Shown here piece after piece: positions 31,961-43,236 of a DNA stretch of 64,000 bases (positions are counted from its first letter, which is position 1; each line of letters begins with the position of its first letter). The stretch spans positions 310,001 to 374,000 of the forward strand of contig QPMI01000039.1 in NCBI GenBank assembly GCA_004431415.1. Reading direction: 5' to 3'. The notes beneath the pieces were generated by a model. That model was not told the origin of the DNA. It searched no databases and saw only the letters and a program-made list of their open reading frames with translations. Position numbers and translations under genes: made by a program. The stretch is from Cyanophora paradoxa CCMP329 (lineage: Eukaryota; Plantae; Glaucophyta).

Positions 31961-32233
31961 ATGGATGAAAAAACAAGAAAGTTTATAGATACCGCTATGT
32001 CAGTCCATGGTAAGGATAAATTTGATTATAGCGACACTGTTTATAAGAAAGCGCAAGAAAAGGTATCTGTTAGATGCCTACAATGTAATAAAGTCTTTCA
32101 GACGTACGGATTTAATCACATTAAGGGGTCAGGATGTAGACAGTGTTCTAAGAAACACTCACATGCATACAGAAAAAAGACTACATGGGGAATAGTAATA
32201 GAAGAGAAGCCAATTATGTTGTACTTTGATTGA
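31961..32233 (+). CDS. DUF723-like zinc-ribbon protein (no nuclease domain)
   Basis: KFIDTAMSVHGKDKFDYSDTVY...CLQC...NHIKGSGCRQC. Confidence 0.7.
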   Translation: MDEKTRKFIDTAMSVHGKDKFDYSDTVYKKAQEKVSVRCLQCNKVFQTYGFNHIKGSGCRQCSKKHSHAYRKKTTWGIVIEEKPIMLYFD

Positions 32234-33029
32234 TTTCGTAGTTAGTCATAATGAGATGGTTCCTTTTCTTTTTTGATATACCATACACTTTACCATATGT
32301 ATGTCGAATAAAGGGTTTAAATAGCAATTTCATTAATAAAGCATCATTAACAACCATCATAACTTTGCATTTCGCGGTCTTCAATAGATCTTCTAAATCC
32401 AAAAAGAATTTTTCCAAATCGAATTCTACATTTTCGTAAAAGTCATTATTGCTATTAACGTATGGAGGATCAAGAAATATGAATGCATCCTCATCATCTT
32501 TGTATTTCAACACAATATCCCGATAATCCCCAAGAGATAAGTTAACATCTTGTAGGAAATCATCGTAAGGTATCTTCTTTTTAAGAGTTGTATATGCACT
32601 CAACTTCACGTTCCGTTTTTTGAAATCACGGAGGGTTTTAACATTTAAAACGCTGTTTTTAAGAAGATAGAAATGATGGGCTAAGTAATCCATTACATCT
32701 TTACGATCATGTTGTAGAAAACTCTTATAAACTTCTTTATGCTCTTCTATATTGCTTACTGCTTCGAACTGTTGAAGACTATCTAAAAGTTTTACTTTAC
32801 TGTTAGGGTCTTTCATTGTATTCAAAAAAAGTATATGTGTTTCGTCGTTATCATTCATAAAGTAATCAAAACGTTCTTTATGCTTTTCCCAAAGATAGAA
32901 ACTAAATGCACCTGAACCACAAAATGGTTCTATTATTTTATTTATGCCTTCTAAATCGATAAAAGGATTGATTGTATCCATTTCATTGTATTTATTACCG
33001 ACATACTTATGGTAAAAGTGAGTCTTCAT
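32214..33029 (-). CDS. Dam-like (D12 class) DNA N6-adenine methyltransferase
   Basis: YVGNK, motif I IEPFCGSGA, MND, and motif IV FIFLDPPY. Confidence 0.9.
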   Translation of the reverse strand: MKTHFYHKYVGNKYNEMDTINPFIDLEGINKIIEPFCGSGAFSFYLWEKHKERFDYFMNDNDETHILFLNTMKDPNSKVKLLDSLQQFEAVSNIEEHKEVYKSFLQHDRKDVMDYLAHHFYLLKNSVLNVKTLRDFKKRNVKLSAYTTLKKKIPYDDFLQDVNLSLGDYRDIVLKYKDDEDAFIFLDPPYVNSNNDFYENVEFDLEKFFLDLEDLLKTAKCKVMMVVNDALLMKLLFKPFIRHTYGKVYGISKKKRNHLIMTNYEINQSTT

Positions 33030-33248
33030 TTACCATAGATAAAGAAAAACAAATTACATATGGAGACGGGATAAAGAAATTAAGACTTTACCAGTCTTGT
33101 TTCTTGTAATAATGCAAGTATCAAAGCAACTTGGACATGTTTTATGATAATATACCATTATGATATCGACAAGTTCATATGGGAATACTTTTGCTAAGAT
33201 GGTTCGCATCTTACCAATTGTTTTTTAATTTTTCTATATAATTCATAA

Positions 33249-33647
33249 ATGAATCATCGCGGCTTCCATGTAATGTTAGATTACAAGTTCAACCATCCAT
33301 TAATGATAGGATTGGACAACTTAGAGACCACAACGAAGTGGTTAATGCAATTTTTTCAATCTATTATTCAAGAACAAGGTATCAGAGTAGTACACAAGCA
33401 CTGCGAGATTTTCGATGGTGGTCTTTCACCTCCGGGTTTTGCTATGGTTCTTCTCCTTGATGAGAGTCATTTAACCGCTCATTGTTACTCAGATCAGGGA
33501 ATGTTAGCAATCGATATATTCACTTGTGGTACGGAAGCGGAGCGTAAGACATCAGTAATAAAGGAGATGATAGAAGAGAGGGTAACGTGTATGTTTAGCG
33601 GTTTGGAGAGAGCGGAGAAGCATAGAGTAGCGCGGTTTCCGAGTTAA
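33249..33647 (+). CDS. speD: Prokaryotic-type (class 1) pyruvoyl-dependent S-adenosylmethionine decarboxylase proenzyme
   Basis: GFHVMLD...GFAMVLLLDESHLTAHCYSDQGMLAIDIFTCG, with the ES self-cleavage site and the DxFTCG signature. Confidence 0.87.
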   Translation: MNHRGFHVMLDYKFNHPLMIGLDNLETTTKWLMQFFQSIIQEQGIRVVHKHCEIFDGGLSPPGFAMVLLLDESHLTAHCYSDQGMLAIDIFTCGTEAERKTSVIKEMIEERVTCMFSGLERAEKHRVARFPS

Positions 33648-34573
33648 TCTTACGTGAATCAGTAAGGAATGACACCCCACCCTACACCCCACCGTTACCA
33701 TAATTTATAGCATTCCCACTTTTCAAATTGCTATATATTAGATTGAAATTACCATATAAATAAGTGTGTGATGTATGAATTAATGGATAGGGTGGGAGGG
33801 TGGGGTGTGGTGGGGTCAAATTTCAAGAAAATTTTGAGCGGATCCCCAAAAATAATGAATTTCAAAAACATGCCCCACCAGACCCCACCGCCCCACCGCA
33901 TCGATAAATATATAAAATGTTAGTATTAACACTGTAATACGAGAGAGATTACACCCACATTGTACAGATCTAACGGTATTTACACCCAACCTGTACAGAT
34001 CTAACGGTATTTACATGTTAATTTCCGCTTCTATATCGTAGAGATTCCCACACTGAATTACGTAAGAGATTACACCCCACCATACACCCAACCATTACCA
34101 TAACACATAACAATTCCACTATTCAAATTGATATATATTAGATTGAAATTACCATATAATTAAGTGTGGAAGTATAAATTAATCGATAGGGTGGGGTGGT
34201 GGGGTGTGGTGGGGTCACTTTTCAGAAAAATTTAGAACGCCATGAAATTTATAGCAATTCGAAAAACAGACCCAACCAGACCCCACCGCCCCACCTTATC
34301 ATTAAATGAATCACGCAGTAAATTGTAGTTGTTTACGATAAACGCAATCGGGATTATATCGGATTTACATTAAATATATCGTGATTATATCGAATTTGCA
34401 TAAAACTTAATCGTGGTTATATCGAATTTATCATTTTCACATCGATAATTACATATAAATATGTATAATATCATGTTAAATTTATATAAAATATGTATTA
34501 ACACACATAAAGATAAACGTATTTTTAACCTGAGCGGAACGCGAGGGTTAAAAATACGTTTATCTTTATGTGT
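33530..34573 (-). repeat. Right terminal inverted repeat (1,044 bp)
   Basis: Starts TACGGAAGCGGAGCG at 33530 and ends ...TATCTTTATGTGT at 34573. Confidence 0.95.
34503..34573. repeat. Right terminal hairpin: 28-bp perfect stem, 15-nt loop
   Basis: Arms at 34503-34530 and 34546-34573, loop TGAGCGGAACGCGAG. Confidence 0.95.
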
Positions 34574-34579
34574 CGGCGC
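34574..34579 (+). repeat. Right target-site duplication CGGCGC
   Basis: ...TTTATGTGT|CGGCGC matches CGGCGC|ACACATAAA... at the left end. Confidence 0.95.
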
Positions 34580-37500
34580 CGCCTTCGCCGCTGGCCTCAT
34601 CTGTTGATATCGATGATTATAAGCATGAGGTGCCCTCGAGCTCTACGCTGCCCCCATGTTGCAAATCTTTCAAACGCTGTACTGATTAACTGTTATCTTC
34701 CCCATGATCAGCGACCGGCTGCTCCCGCGAGCTCGGCTGCCGCGCCTGCTGCAGCGCCAGCTGTGGCTCCCGATCCAGTGCAAGCTGTACACGTGGCGGT
34801 AGAGCGAGAGAATGCATCGAGCTCCCATTTGACGCCCCAGCTCAAGCAAGCAGCTGCAGAGTTCATGGACTTCAATGAGCCGCTTTTGAAGGTGAGATAT
34901 TGTATCGCCAGCATCGATATCGGTCATCGAATAATTATTTTCGACATAATATTAATCTTCACAATTCGTGCAGGATCATCGTTCTCCTGGGTCCGGAATG
35001 CAGGCGGACAGCAATCTCAACAACGCGCAGCAGCAGCCGCACGTACAGGAATCGGTAACCGCGGGATATCCGCCGGAGCATACATATTGGCTCTCCCATC
35101 GATATCTTGGAAAGGCTGACGCACACGGCAGCGGCGGGCCGGGCCCGTTTTCGTGGGCCCTCGACAGCCGGTGGCGAGGGCTGTATCCACGCCCCTGCCC
35201 TCGCTGGGGAGCCCGTACAGCTGGCCGCGGCAATCGCAGCAGCAGCTGCAGCAGGCGCAGAGTTCAGATTTCGGGCCGCGAACGCAACTGCAGCTGCCGC
35301 CTCGTGCCCCGCCGCCGGCGCCCTGGGAGCAGCAGCGGTCAGCGGCATCAGCTGGCGTCAGCCCATACCTCCAACAGCAGCAAACAGCGAGGACAGCAGC
35401 TCTAGGGTTCAGCGCCGGCCAAGGCCCCCGATCCCCGGGGGGGGCCCTTTCCGGATCCACTGCGCAGGTGCGCGAATTTTCGCTTTGCCATTATTTGATG
35501 AAACCCCGATCGATCGATAGATCTGGCCAGGTTACCGTGATATGAAAATTTATATTAATATATCGCTGCAGGCGCCGGCGCCAGCTACTGTTTCGAAAAC
35601 GACCGGCGCGCGCCAACCGAATCGCGAGCAGAACCCCGCGGACTTGGAATTCGAATTCCAGTGCGAAGTCCTTCGAATTAACTATAAACGCGTACAGCGC
35701 CGTGCGATCCACGTGTTAACGTTCGCCCTTCAGATCGCTGGCGGAGGCTGCCCCGGATGTAGATTTGGATACATATACGGCTGCGGCTGGCGCTGCCCCC
35801 TCGAGCCCGCGATCGCGTCCCGGGTCCCCGACGACCTCTGCCAACACGCCGAAGATGCACGACAACTGGATGGGCGGGCTCAGGGTCCGCACGCGTCCCG
35901 TCCCGCCCGCCACGCTCTCTCCTGTACAGAGGGGTGTCTGACGCGACAGCCTTGTCCCAGTTCTCCGAGGTGGATATCGCACTGCACCAGCCGGGGCCAG
36001 AAAAGAAGCTGACAAAGCTGAAGACGCTGACGGAGGCGCAGCACAGAGAGTCCATCGACGTCACCCTCATGATCAAGTGCGCATGCGGATGCGCACATGC
36101 TGCGCTTCTCTTCGGCCGTGTTGCAATTCGTGAGCTTCGAATTCCAATCGCATGCGCTACGCATACGCAGGAACGCGTGGCCGTTCACGTACTTCGCCGA
36201 CGACGCCCCGTGCGCTGCCCGACAAACTACGGCTGCCCCCTAGGCCTCCGCCCTGACGGCCGGCGCCGACGCGGCAGGCCGCGGGACGTGTTCAGCGTGA
36301 CGAAGGCGATAGACGGCGACGTGGCGCTCCGCAGGCTCGAGGAGCTCGCCGAGGAGCACAAGGTCCCCGCCCCGCCCCGCCGCGCCGCGCCGGGCGCCGC
36401 GGCCGACGGGCGGGGCAGCTACTGGCGGCGTACGGGGTGCGGGAGGCGTTCCCCGCCGACGAGAAGGCCGCCCGCCTCGAGCTCGCCGCCTTCCACGGCT
36501 CCGTCGTCCGCCCCGCCCCCGCCCGCCCCGCCCCACCCGGCCCCGCCTGAGGCGCCGCAGTGCGCCAGCGCCGCGCAGGCGAAGGGCGGCGACGCGGCGC
36601 AGGTGCAGGCGCAGGCCGCCCGCCTCGTCCTCTACGCCCGCGTCCGCCCTGCCCGCCCCGCCCGCCCCGTCCCGCAGCTGCAGTCCGCGGGCTGACGGGC
36701 GGGGTGAGCAGGGGCGGAGCTCGGGAGCGGACACGGCGGCCAAGCCCGATTGCGACCTCCGCTCCTTTCTCATCCCCTCCCGCGCCTTCATAGACTTCGT
36801 AAGCAAGTTTCGCGCAAAATTCGCGAACGTCGACAGGTTGCGAAAATCAATATCGGCGCAGGACACGGCGCTGATCCGGCGACTGGCGGTCCCGCCGCCC
36901 CTCAGCATTTGGGACACCCCCTTCTACCTTGTTTTCGCGCGCGCCACAGACGCGAAAGGCGTAAATGTGAAGGCGCGCACCCCACCCTACGACTCCCGAT
37001 CTCTATGCACTATCGCTTACTTCCAAGGCAAACTTACTGGTAATGACTTATGCCATGTGCAGTACAAACTTACTGGTAATGAGGCACCGGCTTCCGCAGC
37101 CTCGTCCGCATCCGCCGGCCACGGCGCCGCGAGCTCGCGCTCGATTTCGCACTGGGCCGTCCCGCGCGCTCCTGTCGCAACCGCAAGGTCCGGATCCCGG
37201 ATCTACTGCTATTTCCGCGATTCTCCGCCTTTTAGCCCCGTCTCCACCCTAATTATCACGTTAATCCACATTCAACCGCAGCGAGACACCGACCGTCCCT
37301 GTCACGAGCACGCGGCCGGCGCGGCCACCGGCCGCGGCGGACCCGCACCCGGCCTCGAGCTCGCCCGTAGGCGAGCCGGTGGATGCCTCTGCCGGCCCCG
37401 GATCGCCGGCCTCCGCAAGCTCGAGCCCGGGCCCCGCCCCCTTCGAGTTCGACCTCGCGGCCTCGGCTCCGGACCCGGGTCCTTCGCCGCCCCGGCCTGA

Positions 37501-37979
37501 GGCCAACCCGCTCGCCGGCGCCTACGCCCTCGTCTATGCTTCGAGCGCCCCGCGCCTCCCATCCCCGGGGTCGCCCGCTGCCCCCCGCCCCCCGCAAGGG
37601 GCCGCCTCGAGCTCGCCAGCCGCGGGCGCCTGCGGAGGCCGCCCCACCGCCCCCGCCCTCGTTCCCGGCCCCGGGCGCCCGGTTCCTCAAGCGCGCCCCC
37701 GTGCTCGTGCGCGTCTCCGGCGAGCCCCGCGATGGGTCGGCCTCTTCCCGTGCTGGCGTCGGCCCCGACGCCAAGCTCAAGATCAATATTGGCCCCGGAG
37801 AGGTTAACGTTGAGCGGGTGGCGCCCGGCTGCGGCGCTTCCCGCTCGCTGTTGACGTCCGCGATCGCCCAGCTGCAGCCAGGTGCGCATGCGCAGCTCGA
37901 ATTCGCGAAATTTTTAAAACCCCCGGCGGCGCCGGCCTCGAGCTCGACCGACCCGGATGCCCGCGTGCGCAGCTTTTGA
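34580..37979 (+). CDS. Probable 3' exons of the interrupted host gene (low-complexity, Cys-containing); structure only partly resolved
   Basis: Plausible GT-AG introns at 34630-34711 and 34892-34973 keep the frame. Later exon-like segments are GGCPGCRFGY, CACGCAH and CPTNYGC. The end is uncertain. Confidence 0.35.
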
Positions 37980-39128
37980 ACTCGTAGCTGGGGTCGACCG
38001 GAGCTCGCCGCCGGCCGCGGCTTCCGCCGGCGCCCCGCCCCATGGCCAGGCGGCGGACTGCACGCGCAACTGGAGCCCCGTGCCCCCCTCGTACGAGATC
38101 GGCGCGGACCAGCCGCAGATCTAGACCTACGCATGCGTGGTCTCCGCATCCGCCCACTCCCGGCCCGTCCCACGCCGACGCTCTCGCCACTCCCGCCCCC
38201 ACACGTACAGTCCCCTCTGATCATGACAGCGGGACGTCGACGTTAACGTAGGCGATGCCCTCGCGACTTACTTTTGCTCGAGCTCGCATGAATATTAATT
38301 TGAAGCCCGCGTGCACTTTTCGCAACCCAGGGCCTTTCTTTTGCGCACCGGTATCTCGTAATGCATGCTGGGCATGCTTATCGGCCTTGGGGTGAAAGTT
38401 AGAGCAAGTCTGTAAGTCGCACGTGCGAACGAAATATTAGCGTAATTCAACCTCATTCAAATCAATATAAAACGCCCCATTCATCCAACGTTAACAGAGC
38501 CCCACGTGCACGTGCACGAGCTGTTACGCCCCATTCATTCAGACCAAAGTGTTCAACACGACCTAGTTCGCAGCCGGGGCTCTAGATCTGCCCGAATCGC
38601 GATGGCGGGCCATTGGCGGCTACTCCTTGGGGCCAGCGCCGAGTGCTGCTATTGCAATTGCAGGTATTCTTCATTATGACGTCGACCACGTCAGGTACAT
38701 GTTTTTCTTTGCAGCTATTTCGAATTTAGCACTTAAGCTTGTGATCATGAATTTGAGTATACGTACATCGAGACCGATCGCTCAAGCGCATATCTCTAGA
38801 TCTCGTTTACGTGCTGCAACTGGTTGTAACTAGTACCAGTACTAGGCAGCTCGAAAATCCGACTTAGCTTTCCGCAGTAATTAATTTACTCGGACGTCGA
38901 CCGATGACAGATTTATTCGGACCAATGCATCAGCGATTTCAGTATCGTTGACGACGCGATAGCCTCGAATTCTAGCTCGTAATCTAGCTTCAGCGGCTTC
39001 GTAGGCCTTAGCTCCGTGCAAACACAACTCAGAGTCCGGCGGAGAAGCCTTTCATGAAGATTTCACGAAGGGGCTTAAGCGCTGCTGGCACTTACGGCTG
39101 CCGGCGGCCGCCGGCCGGGCGGCTATCG

Positions 39129-42100
39129 CTACTCCTTGGGGCCGGCGCCGCCCTCGCCGCCCTCGCCAGCGCCGCCCTCGCCGGCGCCGCCGAGGCGCAT
39201 GCGGATGCGCCGCCCGACGTCAGCCAGCTCCCGCGCCGTGTGCTTCCTGACGTACCTGCCCGGGCGCTCTTCAGCCGAGGGGGCGTGGTGGTAGGGGGGT
39301 ACGCGGGCTCACTCGAGGAGGGCCTCGATGCCGGGCGAGGGGGGGAGGTCCCCCCTCTCCACCGCCTCGCACAGCGCCCGCTTGATGTCCGCCACCTCCT
39401 GCGGGGGGGTACAGGAATGAGCTCTCGGGGTACATGAGCTGGTGGGGTGGGTGGGTACGCCGCTCGCCTGGCCGGGGAGGAGGTTGAACGTCCTGCAGAG
39501 GCGCGTGACGAAGCCCCGGGGGAGCACCCGCTCCTGTGGGGGGTATCAGGGCCGCGGAGGGAGGGGTACGGCGTTTTGCCCGCGCGCCTCGCCGTCGGAA
39601 TCGTTCCCTCCGTCGGCGCGCTCTGCGTCCCGCTTCCGCTTCCGCTCCTGCGGCGAAAATAAGCGATGCGGTACCCCCAATGGGAGGGATACCCCACACC
39701 TCGCGCTCGATCTTCCACCGATCGTTCTTCTCGCGGAGTTCCTCCAGCTCCTCGGCGGGTAGACTGTTTCGGAAACCGGAGGCGGGGTACGTCGGCGCCG
39801 ATCCCAATGGGGGGTACAGGGGCGGAATCGGGCTCTGGAGGCGCACCGGAACGTGTGCAGGTTCTTCATGAACTGGACACGGAGGCGGGGGTACGCCTCA
39901 GCCGGGGACGAGGGGAAGAGGGTACAGGAACGGGCGGTAGGGGGGGGTACCTGCCGCCAGTACGGCTCCTCGTCGACGAGCCGGGCGACGTGGGGGTAGA
40001 TGACGCTCTCCTGAGAAAAAGGTGAGGGGGAGGGGGAAGAGGCGCGGGGGGGTACGGGCGCCTTGAACGTGACGGCCTCGGCGCGGGAGGCCTCGCTCAT
40101 CTCCGCCGCCTGCTTTCTGCGGGGGGGAAGAAGGGGCCTCGGATTCAGGTCTGATCCCGCCGCCCGCCCGTCTGCGGCCTGCTCGGGGGGGGTGGTACCT
40201 GTTCTTCTCGCGCATGGCGTCCAGCCCGTAGAAGCACTGCCCGAGGGGCGGGGCGGGGCGGGGCGGGGCGGGGCGGAAAAGTGAGCGGCGCGGCGCGGAC
40301 CGCTCCTCGGATAATTCTTCTGGGCCTTGGAGGGCGCACCTGGTCGAGGAGGAGGGAGGAGCCCGGGGCGACGGGGATGCGGACGCGCAGGGGCGCCTTC
40401 AGCGACACCTCGATCGCCCACTCCGGCAGGTACCCCTGCGCGGAGCGGGGAGGGAGCGTGAGACGAGGACGGCGGGGGAAGTGGAGGGGGGGGGGGGGGG
40501 GGAGCGCGGGGGGCACCGTGTAAACAGCGAGCGCCATGCCGGTCATCATGCGGATCTGGGGGGGAGGGGGTAGGGGAGGGGGGGAAGGCGCCTCAGATAG
40601 AAGCGAAGGGGCGCTTGGGTGCGCCCGGATCGAATCTCGCTCTCGCGCCTGGTGGAGGACGAAGGACTGGCCCGAGATGGTCAGCTTGACGACGCGGGCG
40701 CGCCGCCCCTCCCCCACCTTCACGTCGAACGGCTGCGGCGAACGGGGGTCAAGGAAGAGGGGAAGGAGACGAGGGGGGTACAGGGGCGGCGGGCCTCGGA
40801 GCAGCTGAACTCGTAGACGGTGCGGAGGAGCGTCGGGTCCAGCGAGGGGAACTCCTCGCCCCCCTCGGCCTTGCCGCGCGTCAGGAGAGAGAGGGAAACG
40901 GGCGCTAGGAGCGGGGGGAGATGCGAGGCGTACCCCCCTCTTCGAAGCCGCCTCGGCCTCGGCCTCGGCGTCGGCATCGGCGTCGGCGTCGGCGTCGGCT
41001 GCCTCGGGCTCCTTGGGGGCCCCGGGGCCCTCCACCTCGTCCATGGCGCACGCCTCGCCGCCGCCGCCCTCGCCCTCCTCGCCCCCCGCCGCCCCCCCTC
41101 CGCCCCGCCCGCCGCCCCGCCCGCCCCGGTCCCCGCGGCGCTTGCCGCCCCTGCCTCCTGCCCCCGCCTCGCCGCCGCCGCGTCCGACGCGGGAGCGGAC
41201 GTCGCCGCGCGCCAGGCGCTCCCGCTCCTCGTCCATCTTCCGCATCCGCTTCGCGTGGTGCACCGTGTAGTTGTGCATGAAGCCTGGCGCGGGGGCGGCG
41301 TCGGTGACGAGGACGGAGGAGGAGGAGGAGGCCCCGGGCCGGGTCGGGGGCGCACCCGTGCCCTCGAAGCGGGAGAGGACGCGGTTGAAGGCCGCGAGGT
41401 CGAATCCCGGCGGGTCCCTCTCGCTCCACGGGTCGAAGGGCTCCTGTTCGGGCTTCACCTCCGGCGCCGGCTGCCGCGGGGGCTTCTTCGCCCCCGCCTC
41501 CGCCGCCTCCTCTCCGCCCGCCGACGCGGCGGCGGCGGCGGCGGCGGCCGCGAGGCGCTCCTTCTTGGAGGGGCGCGGGTTCAAGACCGCCGGGTCCTCT
41601 TCCGCGCGCCACGTGAGGAGCCCGACGGGGAGGAGGTACTCGTACCTTGGCGCCCAGGGGCGAGTCAGGGGCGGGGCGGGGCGGGGCGGGGCGGGGCGGG
41701 GGCGTGGGGGCGGGGCCCACCGCCGGTAGTTGCAGTCGTGCCGCGCCCCGAACGAGTTCCGCTCGCGCCGGCAGTCGAATATCTGAGGGCGGGGGCGGGG
41801 GGCGGTCGGGCGCGGGGCGAGCGGGCGGTCGGGCCGGGCCGGGGCGGGCGGGCGGGGCCGCCCGCCGACCTTGATATCGTCCGGCAGCTTCGAGTTGATC
41901 CCAGCCACGATCTCCTTGGCGTACTCGGGCCCGATCTGCGTCCCCTCCGAGAGCGCCGACGGGTCCGGCGGCGAGAGGCGCGCCGGGTCCACGAGGAGCT
42001 GCACGCGGCGGTCTCGGCCGCGATTCGAAGAGGGCAAAGACCTCCGATCGCACCTTCATCGAAACGATCAGGCCGACCGAGTGCACCTGCCGCGAGCGCG

Positions 42101-42673
42101 TGCCGCGTTAGCGCGGCGTGACAGGCACGGCGCGCGGCGGCGGACCCCCTTGTCCGTGCGCGAGCTTCGCTGCCAACCGATCTTGCTGACGTTCCCGTGG
42201 TTCGCCTCGGAGATGCCGCCCCACTCGTAGATGGCTTTCTCGAGAGATTCCTCGACCGCTGCGCGCAGCGCGGCTTGACGGGGCGCAGAGGGCGAGCGAA
42301 GGCGGCGCACTGCGGACGCCGGGGATGGTCTGGATCTGACTCCCGCTGTACTTGGTGCCGACGTATCCAACGGACATCGAGACGCGCCGCTTGCATTTCT
42401 TGCCTGCACGCCGTCGCGTTCGGCCCAGCAGCGCTCCAGCCAGCGGCGCCCGCGGCCCCTCGTGATCAACGCACCCTCAGCTTCCTGTGCGTCGGCGGAG
42501 GCCGCGGCTGAGGCGACGTCCATCCTGCGAAGTCTTCGTGCGCTCTCCGGGAAACTCCAGCTGCGCCGGGCTGTTTGGCGCGTGTACGCGAACGCAGGGG
42601 CGACCGCAGCCGACCTAATCAACGGCGATCGGACTGGAACGCTTCTGAGGCCCGCCCCGAGCCTAGCTAGCAT
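39129..42673 (-). CDS. PUS1: tRNA pseudouridine synthase, TruA/Pus1 family, multi-exon, with an organellar-type N-terminus
   Basis: Exons read VGYVGTKYSGSQ, SSRTDKGV-HS, RRYEYLLP, MHNYT, GQSFVLHQ-IRMM and IPVAPGSSLLL. Confidence 0.88.
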
Positions 42674-43236
42674 CCACCGCGCGCGACGACTTGTTCAGTG
42701 GCTAGCGCGCTGTCGCACCCCTGCTTCGTCCCCCCCCCCCCCCTCTGTGCACGTGGCTCCTAGGCCTGCAGCTGGTCAAGGTCGAAGCCGAGGAACTGGA
42801 ATCACCCGGTGGCGCCGGCATGCGCATGGTTTGTTGTCTGATAAAAATCTAGAGCCAGCTGCAGCTGCAGCCGCAGGCGTACGCGTCTCCAGCCCTGGCA
42901 GGCCGTTCGAAGCTGATCGTGTTCCTATTCTCACACCCGCACGGCTTCCTTCTGCTCCTATTCGGAAAACATCGATATCCAGTTTAGACACAGAGACTAT
43001 ACAAGTAAGGAACAACAGGTCCGGGAGGCATCCACGGACTGGGACACGTCTTTGAAGGCGATTTCCGGAGGGACAAGAGTAATAAGACATCGGTGAGAAT
43101 GCGTACAGCGGCTCTTGAAAGAGCCGGAAAAAGAAACAAAGAGAAGCTGCGGCCTGATTCGGGGCACCAACTGACGGGGCTTAAACTGAAATGCTTAGGA
43201 GGCAAGACGGCTCGTTTTCGGCTATCCGCCGCCCGC

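Larger units (their letters stand above)
737..34573. mobile_element. Endogenous Polinton-like virus / Maverick-type integrated dsDNA virus, full length
   Basis: AT-rich, intronless, gene-dense block in GC-rich host DNA. Bounded by 1,044-bp TIRs and a CGGCGC direct repeat (731-736 and 34574-34579). Encodes MCP, pentons, packaging ATPase, pPolB, RVE integrase and primase-helicase. Confidence 0.97.

Noticed and set aside
32214-33029. Restriction-modification system
   Set aside because: No cognate endonuclease is recognisable nearby; treated as an orphan methyltransferase.
737-34573. Bacterial prophage or contaminant
   Set aside because: Despite phage-like fibre, Dam and speD genes, the core genes are Polinton-type and the element has clean TSD junctions into intron-containing eukaryotic DNA.
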